64,000 nt of DNA, taken from the IMG/VR virus record IMGVR_UViG_3300009093_000036, positions 131,356-195,355 of that record; one strand, 5' to 3'. This document shows positions 37,467-47,400 of the stretch, one piece after another; the stretch's first letter is position 1, and every line of letters begins with the position of its first letter. This DNA is from a virus. The translations under genes were made by a program, and so were the position numbers. The notes below the pieces were generated by a model. The model had not been told where the DNA came from, searched no databases, and saw only the letters and a list, made by a program, of their open reading frames with translations.

Positions 37467-37898
37467 ATGAACACCCAGCAGCACGGCGAGACGAACGAGA
37501 ACGAGCGACCCCACGGCGGCACCGAGCACGGCGACCGTGCTTGGGCGGCGCGCATGAGCAAGGAGAAGGAGGACCGGGATATCGAGCGCCACAAGCAGGT
37601 CCTCGGCAGCATCGAGGAGATCGCCTCGGGCATGGCCCGCAGCGCGGTCGAGAACGATGCGAAGCTGAAGGCCATCTTCGACACGGTGGTCCCGCCGGTG
37701 CCGACGTCGGCGTTCGGCCGCGCCATCGTGCAGGCGGACAACCTGCTGAAGCGCGCGCTCCCGGCGCTGCGGGTGACCGCCGCCGCCGCGGTGGTCATCG
37801 GCGGCAGCATGCAGGGCGTGGCGAGCGCGCAGCGGTACTTCGAGCGTCGTGAGGCGGCGAAGAACGCCGCGGCGCATCCGGCGAAGAAGACCCAGTAG
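37467..37898 (+). CDS. hypothetical protein with one hydrophobic helix
   Basis: AGGA SD; charged N-terminus; ALPALRVTAAAAVVIGGSM segment. Confidence 0.6.
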   Translation: MNTQQHGETNENERPHGGTEHGDRAWAARMSKEKEDRDIERHKQVLGSIEEIASGMARSAVENDAKLKAIFDTVVPPVPTSAFGRAIVQADNLLKRALPALRVTAAAAVVIGGSMQGVASAQRYFERREAAKNAAAHPAKKTQ

Positions 37899-37904
37899 GT
37901 CGGG

Positions 37905-37940
37905 AAGGGGATGGTGCGAAAGCACTGTCCCTTTTCTTTT
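37905..37940 (+). terminator. intrinsic terminator (possibly bidirectional)
   Basis: AAGGGGATGGTGC-GAAA-GCACTGTCCCTT stem followed by a T-run, between convergent genes. Confidence 0.8.
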
Positions 37941-37943
37941 GCC

Positions 37944-39734
37944 CTACGTGTTGTTGAAGCCGTCGCCCGGATCGCCGTACGAGACGGGGATGTCCCCGTC
38001 GTAGGCGTCATCGCTGACGAAGCCGGCGAGCCGCGACTCTTCCTCCTCCTTGAACGGAGCGATGATGTCGGGCCGCTTGTGCTCCAGCATCGAGGCGAGG
38101 AGGCAGTACAGCGAGGCGTGGAACGAATCGTCGGTCTTCCCCTTCGGCTTGTCGTACTTGATCATGCGGAGGTTCTCGGAGTCCTCGGCATGGATGTTCA
38201 AGATGTCCTCGCCGTACGGACGCTCGATGGACGACCACTTCGGAAGGCGCACCTTCCGGCGCTTCAGCGCAACGAACATGTCCGACATCAGCGGCGTACG
38301 GAACGCGATGGTTCGGTGCAGGGTGCGGACGTACTTCAGCTTCATGTTCAGACGCGGGGCGTACTCGAACGGGAAGATGCGGTGCATGCCGAACCGAGAG
38401 AGCAGCCGCTTGTTCTGGTAGAAGCCGAAGCCGAAGTCGGTGCCGACGTACTTCGGACGGAACTTCTGGATGAGAGCTTCGATCTCATCCATCTGAGCGA
38501 GCGGGTCGGTCAGCGGGCCCGTGAAGCGCATCATGAAGAAGATCTGGAACGCCGCATCATCACGGCAGTAGGCGCCCATGGTGAGGACGGTGAAGGCCCT
38601 CTCGCCGCTGCCCCAGTCGATGCCGAAGAACGTGGTGTTGTTCTGCGCGATCTTGTACGCGACCTCCAGGTTGTTCTCGATCTTCGGCTCGCAGGCCTGG
38701 ATGAGCTCCAGCTTGGAGATCGGCTTCGAGGCGGAGTCGTACGAGATCGCGAGGACCTCGTTCATGAACTGCGCCGTGGGGTAGCGCTCGCGGGCGGCGA
38801 GAATCTCCTTCCACTTCTTCGGAGACTTCCAGAACCAGGGCACCATCAGACGGCAGACGCGGTAGCCCTCGAAGGTGATGCGCTCGTTGTCGAGCTTCTG
38901 CATCTCCACCCAGCGAGCGTACGGATGCTCGGGGTTGATGGGTTTGCCACAGCGATCACAGATGGGTCCTTCCTTGCCCAGGTTCTTCTCGCTGAGGATG
39001 TTCCAGTGCCACGTCGCCGGCATGTTCGGCAGGCCGTGGTGCTCGCACGGAATGCACCACTCGCTGGCGGTCGAGTTGTCCGCCCAGTAGTGGTGGATGT
39101 TGTTGTCCATGCTCTTGGGCGTGCCCGAGTACACGAACAAGGTGTCCTGGTGGTGGGACGTCGTCTCTTCGATGACGGGCATGGTCGTGGAGACCAAGTC
39201 CTGGATCTCGTCGAGGAAGAGGTCGTTCACGGACAGACCGCGGATACGATCGGCGGTGAGGAAGGCGTACCGGAGGTAGATCTTCGAGCCGTTCGCGAAG
39301 TGCTTCTCGAACAGGTTGTTCGTGAGAGCCTCGTGGGTCTGTGCCTTGATGAGCGGACTGATGTCGATGATCTCGTTCAGGCGGGTCTTCGAGAAGACGG
39401 CCGTCTGCATCGCAGAGGGAGAGACGAACAGCGACGTGTGCCCAGGCCGCATCCCGGCGCGGCCGAAGATGCGGTTGCCGATCGTCGTGCTCTTCTCGGT
39501 CTGACGAGACGTGAAGAGCAGCACCTTGCGGGCCGGCGTGTCGTAGATGCGCTTGAGGTACTTGCGCTCGTCGAACACGAGAGGGACTGCTGTGCCGGTG
39601 TCACCGTCCTTGATGCGGATGAAGGCGGTCACCCACTCGGAGGTCAGGAGCTGGATCCTTCCGGTCTGGGCTTGCTTCGCGGAGCTCAGCTTGTACTCCA
39701 GGTCGTTGACACGTACACCGTACTCCACGGCCAT
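37944..39734 (-). CDS. terL: terminase large subunit
   Basis: TSRQTEKSTT (Walker A variant), RIRGLSVNDLFLDEIQD (Walker B), YSGTPK, GIDWG nuclease motif; start may extend to 39788. Confidence 0.9.
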   Translation of the reverse strand: MAVEYGVRVNDLEYKLSSAKQAQTGRIQLLTSEWVTAFIRIKDGDTGTAVPLVFDERKYLKRIYDTPARKVLLFTSRQTEKSTTIGNRIFGRAGMRPGHTSLFVSPSAMQTAVFSKTRLNEIIDISPLIKAQTHEALTNNLFEKHFANGSKIYLRYAFLTADRIRGLSVNDLFLDEIQDLVSTTMPVIEETTSHHQDTLFVYSGTPKSMDNNIHHYWADNSTASEWCIPCEHHGLPNMPATWHWNILSEKNLGKEGPICDRCGKPINPEHPYARWVEMQKLDNERITFEGYRVCRLMVPWFWKSPKKWKEILAARERYPTAQFMNEVLAISYDSASKPISKLELIQACEPKIENNLEVAYKIAQNNTTFFGIDWGSGERAFTVLTMGAYCRDDAAFQIFFMMRFTGPLTDPLAQMDEIEALIQKFRPKYVGTDFGFGFYQNKRLLSRFGMHRIFPFEYAPRLNMKLKYVRTLHRTIAFRTPLMSDMFVALKRRKVRLPKWSSIERPYGEDILNIHAEDSENLRMIKYDKPKGKTDDSFHASLYCLLASMLEHKRPDIIAPFKEEEESRLAGFVSDDAYDGDIPVSYGDPGDGFNNT

Positions 39735-40059
39735 GTCGCGATCTTCATCTTCCCCGAAGCCAACCCTGACAGCCATCTCTGGAACCATCCTGAAGGCGCT
39801 CGACGCCCTCGTCGTTCAATCTGCCACCACTACCGAAGGCGTGTGGCACCGCGTGTCGCGTTCACACTCTCCTGAGCTCAAGGATGCGCTCAGGAACTAC
39901 GTGAAGGCAAACAACAAGTACTACCACACGCGCTTCGAGGTCCACTTCCCGAAGCCCTTCGTGCTCCGGATCAGTGAGAGACCGGAGCCCCCTCGATCTG
40001 CTCCAGGAACCGCTGGACGAGCAGCCGAAGGTCCGGCGCGATCACGCCCTGCACGATGA
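39733..40059 (+). CDS. possible small antisense-oriented gene
   Basis: Codons 39790-39970 are strongly coding-like (AAG/AAC/TAC/TTC) and the same-register minus frame is closed. Confidence 0.35.
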   Translation: MSRSSSSPKPTLTAISGTILKALDALVVQSATTTEGVWHRVSRSHSPELKDALRNYVKANNKYYHTRFEVHFPKPFVLRISERPEPPRSAPGTAGRAAEGPARSRPAR

Positions 40060-40363
40060 TGAAGAACGAGTTGAACTCGGTCTCGAACCCGGCGTGCACG
40101 TTGCTGACCTCGAACGACTGCGGGATGGCGTAGTCGAGACGCTTGTCCATCGCGAAGGAGTCGTCCCAGCGCTCGGAGACGTTGTCGCCCTCGATGTGCG
40201 GGAAGATGTGGATGACCAGCGCGTTGTCGCGCTCCCGAACACCCCACTCGATGGTGTAGCGGGGGCGGGCGATCGCCTGCATCTCGGGGAGGTCGGGGCG
40301 GATGCGCTCCTCCTCGCTGAGGTTCGTGATGTTCTGGAGCTCGATGCGGTGCGGGGTGGTCAT
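39971..40363 (-). CDS. hypothetical protein
   Basis: 130-aa ORF coupled to the upstream gene. Confidence 0.6.
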   Translation of the reverse strand: MTTPHRIELQNITNLSEEERIRPDLPEMQAIARPRYTIEWGVRERDNALVIHIFPHIEGDNVSERWDDSFAMDKRLDYAIPQSFEVSNVHAGFETEFNSFFIIVQGVIAPDLRLLVQRFLEQIEGAPVSH

Positions 40364-41259
40364 GATGCGTTTCCTTTTTCTGTGTTCTGCGCCTCCAGCA
40401 TGTTGTAGAGGGGCAGCTCCTCGACGCTCGTCAAGCGCTTGGGATCGTACTTGGTGTCCATCTTCCGAAGCTCATCGAGGAGCTCGGCGCTACCACCGCG
40501 ACGCATGTCGACCTGCTCCTGTGCAGCGATGAGGGCGTTCACGAGCGCTTGCATCGCGGTCGCCTTCTGCATGCCGGGGTAGCGGGTGGCGGTCAGCTTG
40601 ATGAACTCCATGAACGTGGTGTCCCGGGCGTACCGGAACATGATCGACTCCTTGGGGATGCCGCCGGCGCCACGTGACGCGACGAACACGCTCATCGCCG
40701 CACCGACCTGGCTGCGTGGAGCGAGGAACACGGTCTGGTAGTCGTGAGACGCCGGGATGCTCTCCAGCAGCGCCGGCCACTTCGTCATCGGGACAGCCTC
40801 GATGTTCCAGAAGAAGTGCGCGTAGTAGCGGACCGTCGAGATGTTCATCACCTCGGGGTCGAGGCCATGGCCGATCGCGAGGCGCTTGGCGATGTCTCGG
40901 TAGTTGAGGGGACCGAGCAACATGATCTCCAGCTCGCGGCGTACCGAAGGCTGGTCGAGGATGTCGATCGCGAACATTGCGTGGGGCTCGCGGGCCCACA
41001 GGTCGTAGATGCGATGCGAGTGAAGGAACAGCGCAGTCGGCTTGTGCTTCAGGTTGGACGGGTCGTAGCCCGCCGGGAACTGAAGCTGGCGTTGCGCGAG
41101 CTGAAGCGTCTCCATGAAGGCGCTGAGCACCTTCTCCTCCTTCGACACCGGCATGTTCTGTCGCATGAGCTGGGCGATCAGCTCATTGACCTTGTACCGG
41201 CGCTGCGAGAGGAGGAAGACGATGTAGTTGCGGGCGGGGTGTTCGATGTTGATGTTCAT
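40360..41259 (-). CDS. hypothetical protein with HTH-like segment (terminase small subunit candidate)
   Basis: YRDIAKRL...ISTVRYY HTH-like segment; two genes upstream of terL; the TerS call is positional only. Confidence 0.45.
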   Translation of the reverse strand: MNINIEHPARNYIVFLLSQRRYKVNELIAQLMRQNMPVSKEEKVLSAFMETLQLAQRQLQFPAGYDPSNLKHKPTALFLHSHRIYDLWAREPHAMFAIDILDQPSVRRELEIMLLGPLNYRDIAKRLAIGHGLDPEVMNISTVRYYAHFFWNIEAVPMTKWPALLESIPASHDYQTVFLAPRSQVGAAMSVFVASRGAGGIPKESIMFRYARDTTFMEFIKLTATRYPGMQKATAMQALVNALIAAQEQVDMRRGGSAELLDELRKMDTKYDPKRLTSVEELPLYNMLEAQNTEKGNAS

Positions 41260-41262
41260 GTT

Positions 41263-43332
41263 TCACGATGCGGCGGCAGCCGACGGAGTCCCGTCGGTCT
41301 CTGCGGTGCGCATCGCGAGGCCCTTGAGGCCCTGGATGACCTCGTCGAGAGCACGAGCCGCACGAGCCGCCGCCGTCTCCGGAACCTCGGTCATGCCGAG
41401 GCGAGAGAACAGCGTGAGCTCGCAGACGGTGTTGAGCGCTCGATCGAGGTACGGCAGCTTGCCGACGTACACCCGCAGGTTCTCGGGGTTCAGGAAGTTC
41501 AGCGAGAGGACGCTGTCGACGGTCTGGATGTCGGGCAGCACCGAAGCCTCCTTGATGAGGTCCTTCCGGAGAGCGCGGACCTGGGCGACCTTCTCGGACG
41601 CCGTCTTCTCGATGTCGCGCATGAACGTCTCGACGGGGCGGACGTCGTGGACACCGATCACGTGCTCGGTGCGCATCGTGTGCGACGCGTGCTTGATGAT
41701 CTCGTGCGCCTTCAGCGGAGCCATGCCTGCCGCACAGAGCACGAAGACCGCATCGTCGATCGACGCGACCTTCGGGGCCGTCGCCTCCAAGCCGGGCAGC
41801 TTGTGGAAGGTGAGGTCGATGATGTCCCCGCCGTGACGCAGAGCGATGAACGGCTGCGCGAAGGCGGACGTCTTGACGGCTTCGAGGTCGTCGACGAGCG
41901 GGACGGCCGTCTCCTTGTTCAGCGCGAGGAAGCGCGCCGAAGCAGGCAGCGAGCACTCCTCGTCGCCCGGCATCATGTGCTGGAGGCCGGGCACGAGGCG
42001 GACGACGTGCGGCTGGCCGGTGAGGGTGGTGACGTGCACGAGGTCTCCGCCGTCCATCGAGGCTTCACGTCCCTCGATCTTGAACGGCACGGTCGCCTCG
42101 ATGCCGCTCGGGGTCACGACGTAGAAGAGACCCGAACCCGCCGGCTTGTCCTCGGGGAGCCCCATCGTGGCGTCGGAGATCTTCGCTCCGACGATCGAGC
42201 CCTGGACCGCAGCCGTCGCGCCGTTCGTGAACACGGCCATGGGGACACGAGTCCCATCGAAGTCGACGAGCGAGGGGAGAACCCAGCCCATCATCTCCTG
42301 GCCGTCGATGTTGCGGACACGATAGACGCCGGGCTTCTCGATGACCTCCCAGCGATCGTTCGTCGTGTCGAGCGGAGCCGTGTCCTTCGCGGGCTCGGAG
42401 ATCGTGACGGTCCCCTCCGTGTCGACCTTCTTCGTGATGTCGGGGCCGGCGAGCTTGAGCATCTGCCCGCGATCGATGTCGTCGCGGTTGATGCCGAAGA
42501 TCGAGCGCGACGCCGTCTTCATCCAGTACGTCCCACGGATCTCGTCCCAGCCGAACTGAGCGACTTCGACCGGAGCGTAGCTGGCCGCCTTGTCCATGAG
42601 GAGGTCGGCATCCCCTTCCGTGAGGAGGCGGCCGTCGAAGCTGGCCAAGTGCGACATGACCGCGAGGAAGGCCGGGTTCTGCTGAAGCTGCGGCTCCAGC
42701 CCCATCGACGAGATCTTCTCGCCGAGCGCATCCAGGTCGAGCTGCGACAGCGTCGGGGCGATGTGGTGGAGCAGCGACTCCTCGACGGCGAGGGAGGCCT
42801 GCTTCATGCCCGGGCCGTAGACGTAGCCGACGTTGTCTCCCGAGCCTGCGGAGAAGCCCGAGGTCGGGGAGTTCGAGGCGCGGCCCGGCGGGTAGAACAT
42901 CGAGTAGAGGCTCTGGTCTCCCGAGTCGTCCGTCATCATGTCGAACGTGTTCGGACGGAACAGCGCCTCACGAAGGCGGATGCCGTTGAGCGGGTACACC
43001 TTCTTGTCCTGCGTCATCACGATGTCGAGCGGGCAGAGCTCGGTGTTCTTGATGATGACGGGGATCAGCGCCTTCTTCGACGTCGGCTGCTCGTTGCCGG
43101 CCATCGAGAGTGCGGAGTCGGTCTGCCCCGAGATGACGATGACACCCAAGGCGAAGCCCTGTTCGTCATCCTGCCGCAGCATCACGACCTGCGGGTTGTA
43201 CTCGGAAGCCTCCGGCACCTGGCGGAAGAGCTCTTGGAGGATCTGCGGCCCCCACTTCGCCGCATCTTCGTCGAGCGGGACGGCAGCGACCTTGTCCTGG
43301 AAGATGGGGGCGACGTTCGTGAAGAGGTCCAT
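41263..43332 (-). CDS. large putative head-associated protein (KxA family)
   Basis: About 10 KxA/KxS motifs (KVAA, KQAS, KAAS, KTAS, KVAS, KHAS, KEAS); TAGGAT 7 nt before MDLF start. Confidence 0.7.
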   Translation of the reverse strand: MDLFTNVAPIFQDKVAAVPLDEDAAKWGPQILQELFRQVPEASEYNPQVVMLRQDDEQGFALGVIVISGQTDSALSMAGNEQPTSKKALIPVIIKNTELCPLDIVMTQDKKVYPLNGIRLREALFRPNTFDMMTDDSGDQSLYSMFYPPGRASNSPTSGFSAGSGDNVGYVYGPGMKQASLAVEESLLHHIAPTLSQLDLDALGEKISSMGLEPQLQQNPAFLAVMSHLASFDGRLLTEGDADLLMDKAASYAPVEVAQFGWDEIRGTYWMKTASRSIFGINRDDIDRGQMLKLAGPDITKKVDTEGTVTISEPAKDTAPLDTTNDRWEVIEKPGVYRVRNIDGQEMMGWVLPSLVDFDGTRVPMAVFTNGATAAVQGSIVGAKISDATMGLPEDKPAGSGLFYVVTPSGIEATVPFKIEGREASMDGGDLVHVTTLTGQPHVVRLVPGLQHMMPGDEECSLPASARFLALNKETAVPLVDDLEAVKTSAFAQPFIALRHGGDIIDLTFHKLPGLEATAPKVASIDDAVFVLCAAGMAPLKAHEIIKHASHTMRTEHVIGVHDVRPVETFMRDIEKTASEKVAQVRALRKDLIKEASVLPDIQTVDSVLSLNFLNPENLRVYVGKLPYLDRALNTVCELTLFSRLGMTEVPETAAARAARALDEVIQGLKGLAMRTAETDGTPSAAAAS

Positions 43333-43377
43333 GGTGTGCATCCTAACATCGAAAACGCGTTCAGGAGGAGAGCTGCT

Positions 43378-44478
43378 TCAGACGAGCTTGAACTTCTGAG
43401 CCAAGATCGAAGGAGGCGGAGGGCCCACACCCGCGGCGGTGCCAAGAGTGGTCAGGTACGTCATGAGCTGGTTGCCACAGACTCCAGGCTCGATCGCCGT
43501 AGCACCGCCAGCCAGGACGCTGCCATCGAGGATGACCTGGGCGCCCTTCACGCGGGCCTCGGAGCCACCCTCGACCTTCGCCTTGCCGTTGGCCTTCATG
43601 CTGAGGTCGCCATCGACCTGGACGTCGTAGTTGCCCTTCACGCGGAGGGAGTAGTTCGAGCCGACCATCTCGGTCTTCGTCCCGTCCATCTTCAAGAGCA
43701 TGCTGTAGGTGGCGTTCGTGACCTCGCCCGTCTCCGTGTTGATGCCCTGAGCGGCAACCATCACCTCCCAGACCTGTGCATCACCGCCGTCGGGTCCACG
43801 CAGCGGGAAGTGACGGACACGGAACGAAGCCTTCGCGTCCTGCGCGTACTCGTTCATGTGGAAGACGTACGAGGACGGGGCATTGCCTCCCGCATCGTTC
43901 TCTTGGCGCTCGGTCGTCCAGCGGATGTTCCCGCCGAACGTGTCCATCGTGTAGTTCTCGGCGAAGTCCCGCACGTAGTTGTTGATGGGGATGTAGATGC
44001 GTTGAGCGAGCTCGGTCGAGCCGAGCTGAAGGACACCACCACGCCGAAGCAAGATGAAGTTCTCGTCTCGCGTCGTCAGGAAGATGTCCCCGGGCTGCAT
44101 GTCGAGACGACGTCCGCGGAACGAGACGTCGGTCGTGCTGCCACCTGCGGACGTGCTGTGGGTGGGGGTGCCATCGTCGCTCTCGACGGACGACGGGATG
44201 GCGATGAAGCCGAGGATGAACGGCGGGGTTGTGTCGTTGCCTCGGAAGATCTGACAGCGAGCTCCTACCTCGGGGAGAAAGGAGATCCCCTCCCCGTTGT
44301 CGTTGTGGAAGTACGGCAGCGCGCACTGAAGGTCCTGGAAGGGCTTCTGCGTGTGACGGGTGACGACGTCCACGGTGAAGTTCGCCTTGTTGACGTTCGT
44401 CACCATCGCTTCCTCGATGACGGCGGGGAAGAACTCGGACGTCGAGGGTCCGCTTGCGCTGTAGTGACCGTCGCCCAT
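43378..44478 (-). CDS. baseplate central spike (gp5/GpV-like OB fold + beta-helix)
   Basis: N-terminal VTNVN...TVDV...GEGISFLPEVGARC OB pattern; C-terminal VKGNYDVQVDGDLSMKANG beta-repeat. Confidence 0.65.
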   Translation of the reverse strand: MGDGHYSASGPSTSEFFPAVIEEAMVTNVNKANFTVDVVTRHTQKPFQDLQCALPYFHNDNGEGISFLPEVGARCQIFRGNDTTPPFILGFIAIPSSVESDDGTPTHSTSAGGSTTDVSFRGRRLDMQPGDIFLTTRDENFILLRRGGVLQLGSTELAQRIYIPINNYVRDFAENYTMDTFGGNIRWTTERQENDAGGNAPSSYVFHMNEYAQDAKASFRVRHFPLRGPDGGDAQVWEVMVAAQGINTETGEVTNATYSMLLKMDGTKTEMVGSNYSLRVKGNYDVQVDGDLSMKANGKAKVEGGSEARVKGAQVILDGSVLAGGATAIEPGVCGNQLMTYLTTLGTAAGVGPPPPSILAQKFKLV

Positions 44479-47400
44479 CAGTACCTGGAGACCCCACGAC
44501 CGTTGCCGAACTCGGCCCCGTGCGCAAGCCCAGGGATCGGATGCAGGCCGTGGATGTCCGACTTCTCGTTGAGCGCCGCCGCCGTCATGATGTGCTCCTG
44601 GAGGCGGTTCGACTGAAGTCGCGCCATCCAGTCGTGCTGCTTCAGCGCCGTCGTGGTCTCCGTGGCCTTCAGCACCGGACGCACCTCGATCGGCTTTTGG
44701 TTCTTGAGCACGGTGCGGTTGATCTCCTCGACCACCGGGAACTGCATGTGGTCCCCGCGGAGGATGGTCGGGTGGTCACCGGGGTCCGAGACCTCGACGG
44801 TGCTCGTTGCGTTGCGCACCGTGAGCTCGACGTGACGACGAAGGACATCCTCCTTCTCGTAGATCTTGCCGATGCGATCGACCATGTGGTCCTGCGTCGC
44901 TTCGAGGCCACGGGTCTTGAGCAGCATGTTGAGGTTCGGGTCTCCCTCGGAGAGCTGCTCGCCACGCTGGAACTTGTAGCCGGCCTTCACGTGCGGAAGG
45001 AGGGGCTGACGAGAGTAGAGATCGACCTTGCTCTCTGCGAAGCGGACCTTGTGACCGCCCTGCGGCTGAGCCTCGACACGAGTGACGACGCCTGCACGCG
45101 GAGCGATGATGGCGTCGACCGGCGACCGCTTCGCGACACCGAACACGCGCTCGACGGTGCTGAACTCGTCGACGGCTCCACGCTGCGTCGGGACGATGCC
45201 CTGGTTGTGGGTCTGCTTCAGCATGAGCTGTGCAGCGCGCTCTCCGATCGCCTGCGCCGCCATGATGCCGACGTTGTCGCCCAAGTCGTAGTTGACGCCG
45301 GACGGGTGCTTGCCCATGCAGGTCGAGCACACCCCGTGCGGCATGCGGCACTTCAGGGGCGAGCGAACGAACAGGTTCGTGACGCCAGCCTTCGAGAAGG
45401 TCTGCTGGAGGCCGGGGGTGATGACGGTGCCCGCAGGGATCGTCTTGCCTCCGGCGGTGACGGGAGAGGCGAGATAGCGGTCGACGAGGTCGCGGTCGTT
45501 GACGCCCAGGCTGATGCCCGAGTGCGTCCCGCAATCCATCGCCGTGATGGGCGAGTCGATGTTGGACTGAATGAGCTCCTTCGTGAGGACGCCCGGGTCT
45601 CGAACTGCGTCGACCTTCTGGATCGTGCCCTTTCGTGCTCCAGCCGCCTGGAGGAAGTAGCCGCCAACGTCGACACCCTCGGAGAACGACCGCGTGATCG
45701 GAACCTTCGAGGCGTGGCCGAGGTGGTTCTCGACGAGCATCGGGGCGATCACGAGGCCCTGGAACTGCTCCTTCTTCGCCTTGATGCCCGAGGACCGCAT
45801 GTCCGAGATGTTCGTCGGATGCTTCTTGAAGTGCTCGTCGTAGGTCTCGTGCAGCTTCTTGGTGGCGTCCACCCAGATCTGCGTGCGCTCTGCGTCGGGC
45901 TTCCCTTCGGCACGGCTCTTCGCCGCCGCGATGATCTTCGCCCGCTCCACGCGCATCGGCTCCAGGTCCGAAAGACGAACGGTGTGTCCGCTCTCGAAAG
46001 CCATCTTGAAGCCGAGCTGGGTGAGGTTGCGGGTGAACGGCTCGAAGATCGCCGGGGCATGCTGTGCGGTCTGCCGAAGCATGTCCGTGACGAACTTCTT
46101 CGAGATGGGGGTATCGATGCCGGTGAGGACCTGCGCCTTGTACTGGTCGGGCACGATGTGAGAGATGCGGACACGGCCGAGCGTCGTGCGGTCCTTACCG
46201 ACCGTGATGACGTCGTCGAGGTTGATCTTGTTGTTGACGAACGCCGCCTCCGCTTCCTTCGCGGAAGCGAACGTCTGGTTGGTCTCCCGCTTCTTCAACG
46301 ACATGCGGTAGAGAGCGAGCATCGATTCGTTCGTCGGCGTGAACAGGACTTCACCCGTGCTCGCCGAGATGGAACGGTTCGACGGCAAGAGCTTGTAGGC
46401 CTCCTGCACCGCGGCATGCTGGATGGGGAGCATGAGCGCGACCGTGTCGCCGTCGATGTCTCCGCCGAGCGGGGGAAGAACGAGAGGACTCACCTTGATG
46501 GCTCGCGAGTCCGTGAGCTTCACCTTCTGACCGATGATGCCGTACTGATGGAGCACGGGGTCGCGCTTCATCAGGACCGGGCGCTCCTCGATCTCACGCC
46601 GCAGAGCAGCCTCGGCGACAGCGGAGCGCTTCGAGATCTCCTGCTGTGCCTGGATCGGGTTGTAGCCCATCTGCGTGAGGCGATGACCCACCATCGGTCG
46701 GAAGAGCTCGAACGCGATCTTCTTCGGTACGCCGATCTCGTCGGCCCCGAGCCCGGGGTCTGCGACGATCGTGGCTCGCGCCGTGTAGTCCTGCTTCTTG
46801 CCGATGACCTTGTCCTGGAAGAAGCCGTCCTTCGGCGAGTCGCCGGCGATCGTGTGCAGGATGCCGGGGAGGAAGCGGCCTCGCACCGGGTTGCCTTGGA
46901 AGTCGATGTCGAGAGCCTTCTTCCCCTTCGGGGTCGTACCGAAGAGGTTCTGGATCTCCTGGTAGAGATCTCCCTGTGCCTGAAGAAGACGGCGATCGGG
47001 GATGCCCTCCTTCTTCGAGGTCTCCAGGGACGAGTTCACCATGCCGAGCCGGCGATAGAGCTGATTCAGCGGATCGATGCGGTCCGTACCTTCCGCGCTC
47101 TCCTGGAAGGGGCGGTAGATCGGAGGCAGCACCGGCAGCAGCTTCATCGTGTACGCCTCGGAGGGCGTCTTGCCGTGCTCCTTCAGCGCACGCAGCGACT
47201 TGTACGCGAAGACCGCGTTGTTGAGCTCGCTGCTCTTCACCTTCGGGTCGTCGATCATCGACTTGTAGTGCTTCAGCCTCTGCTCGACATTGATCTTGGC
47301 GAGTCCGTCACGGATCGCCTCGCCTCCCGTCTTGCCGTTCAGCTTCATCTCACCCGAGACGATCTTCTGGATGTCCTGCTTCTGGATGCCCAGCAGCGAC

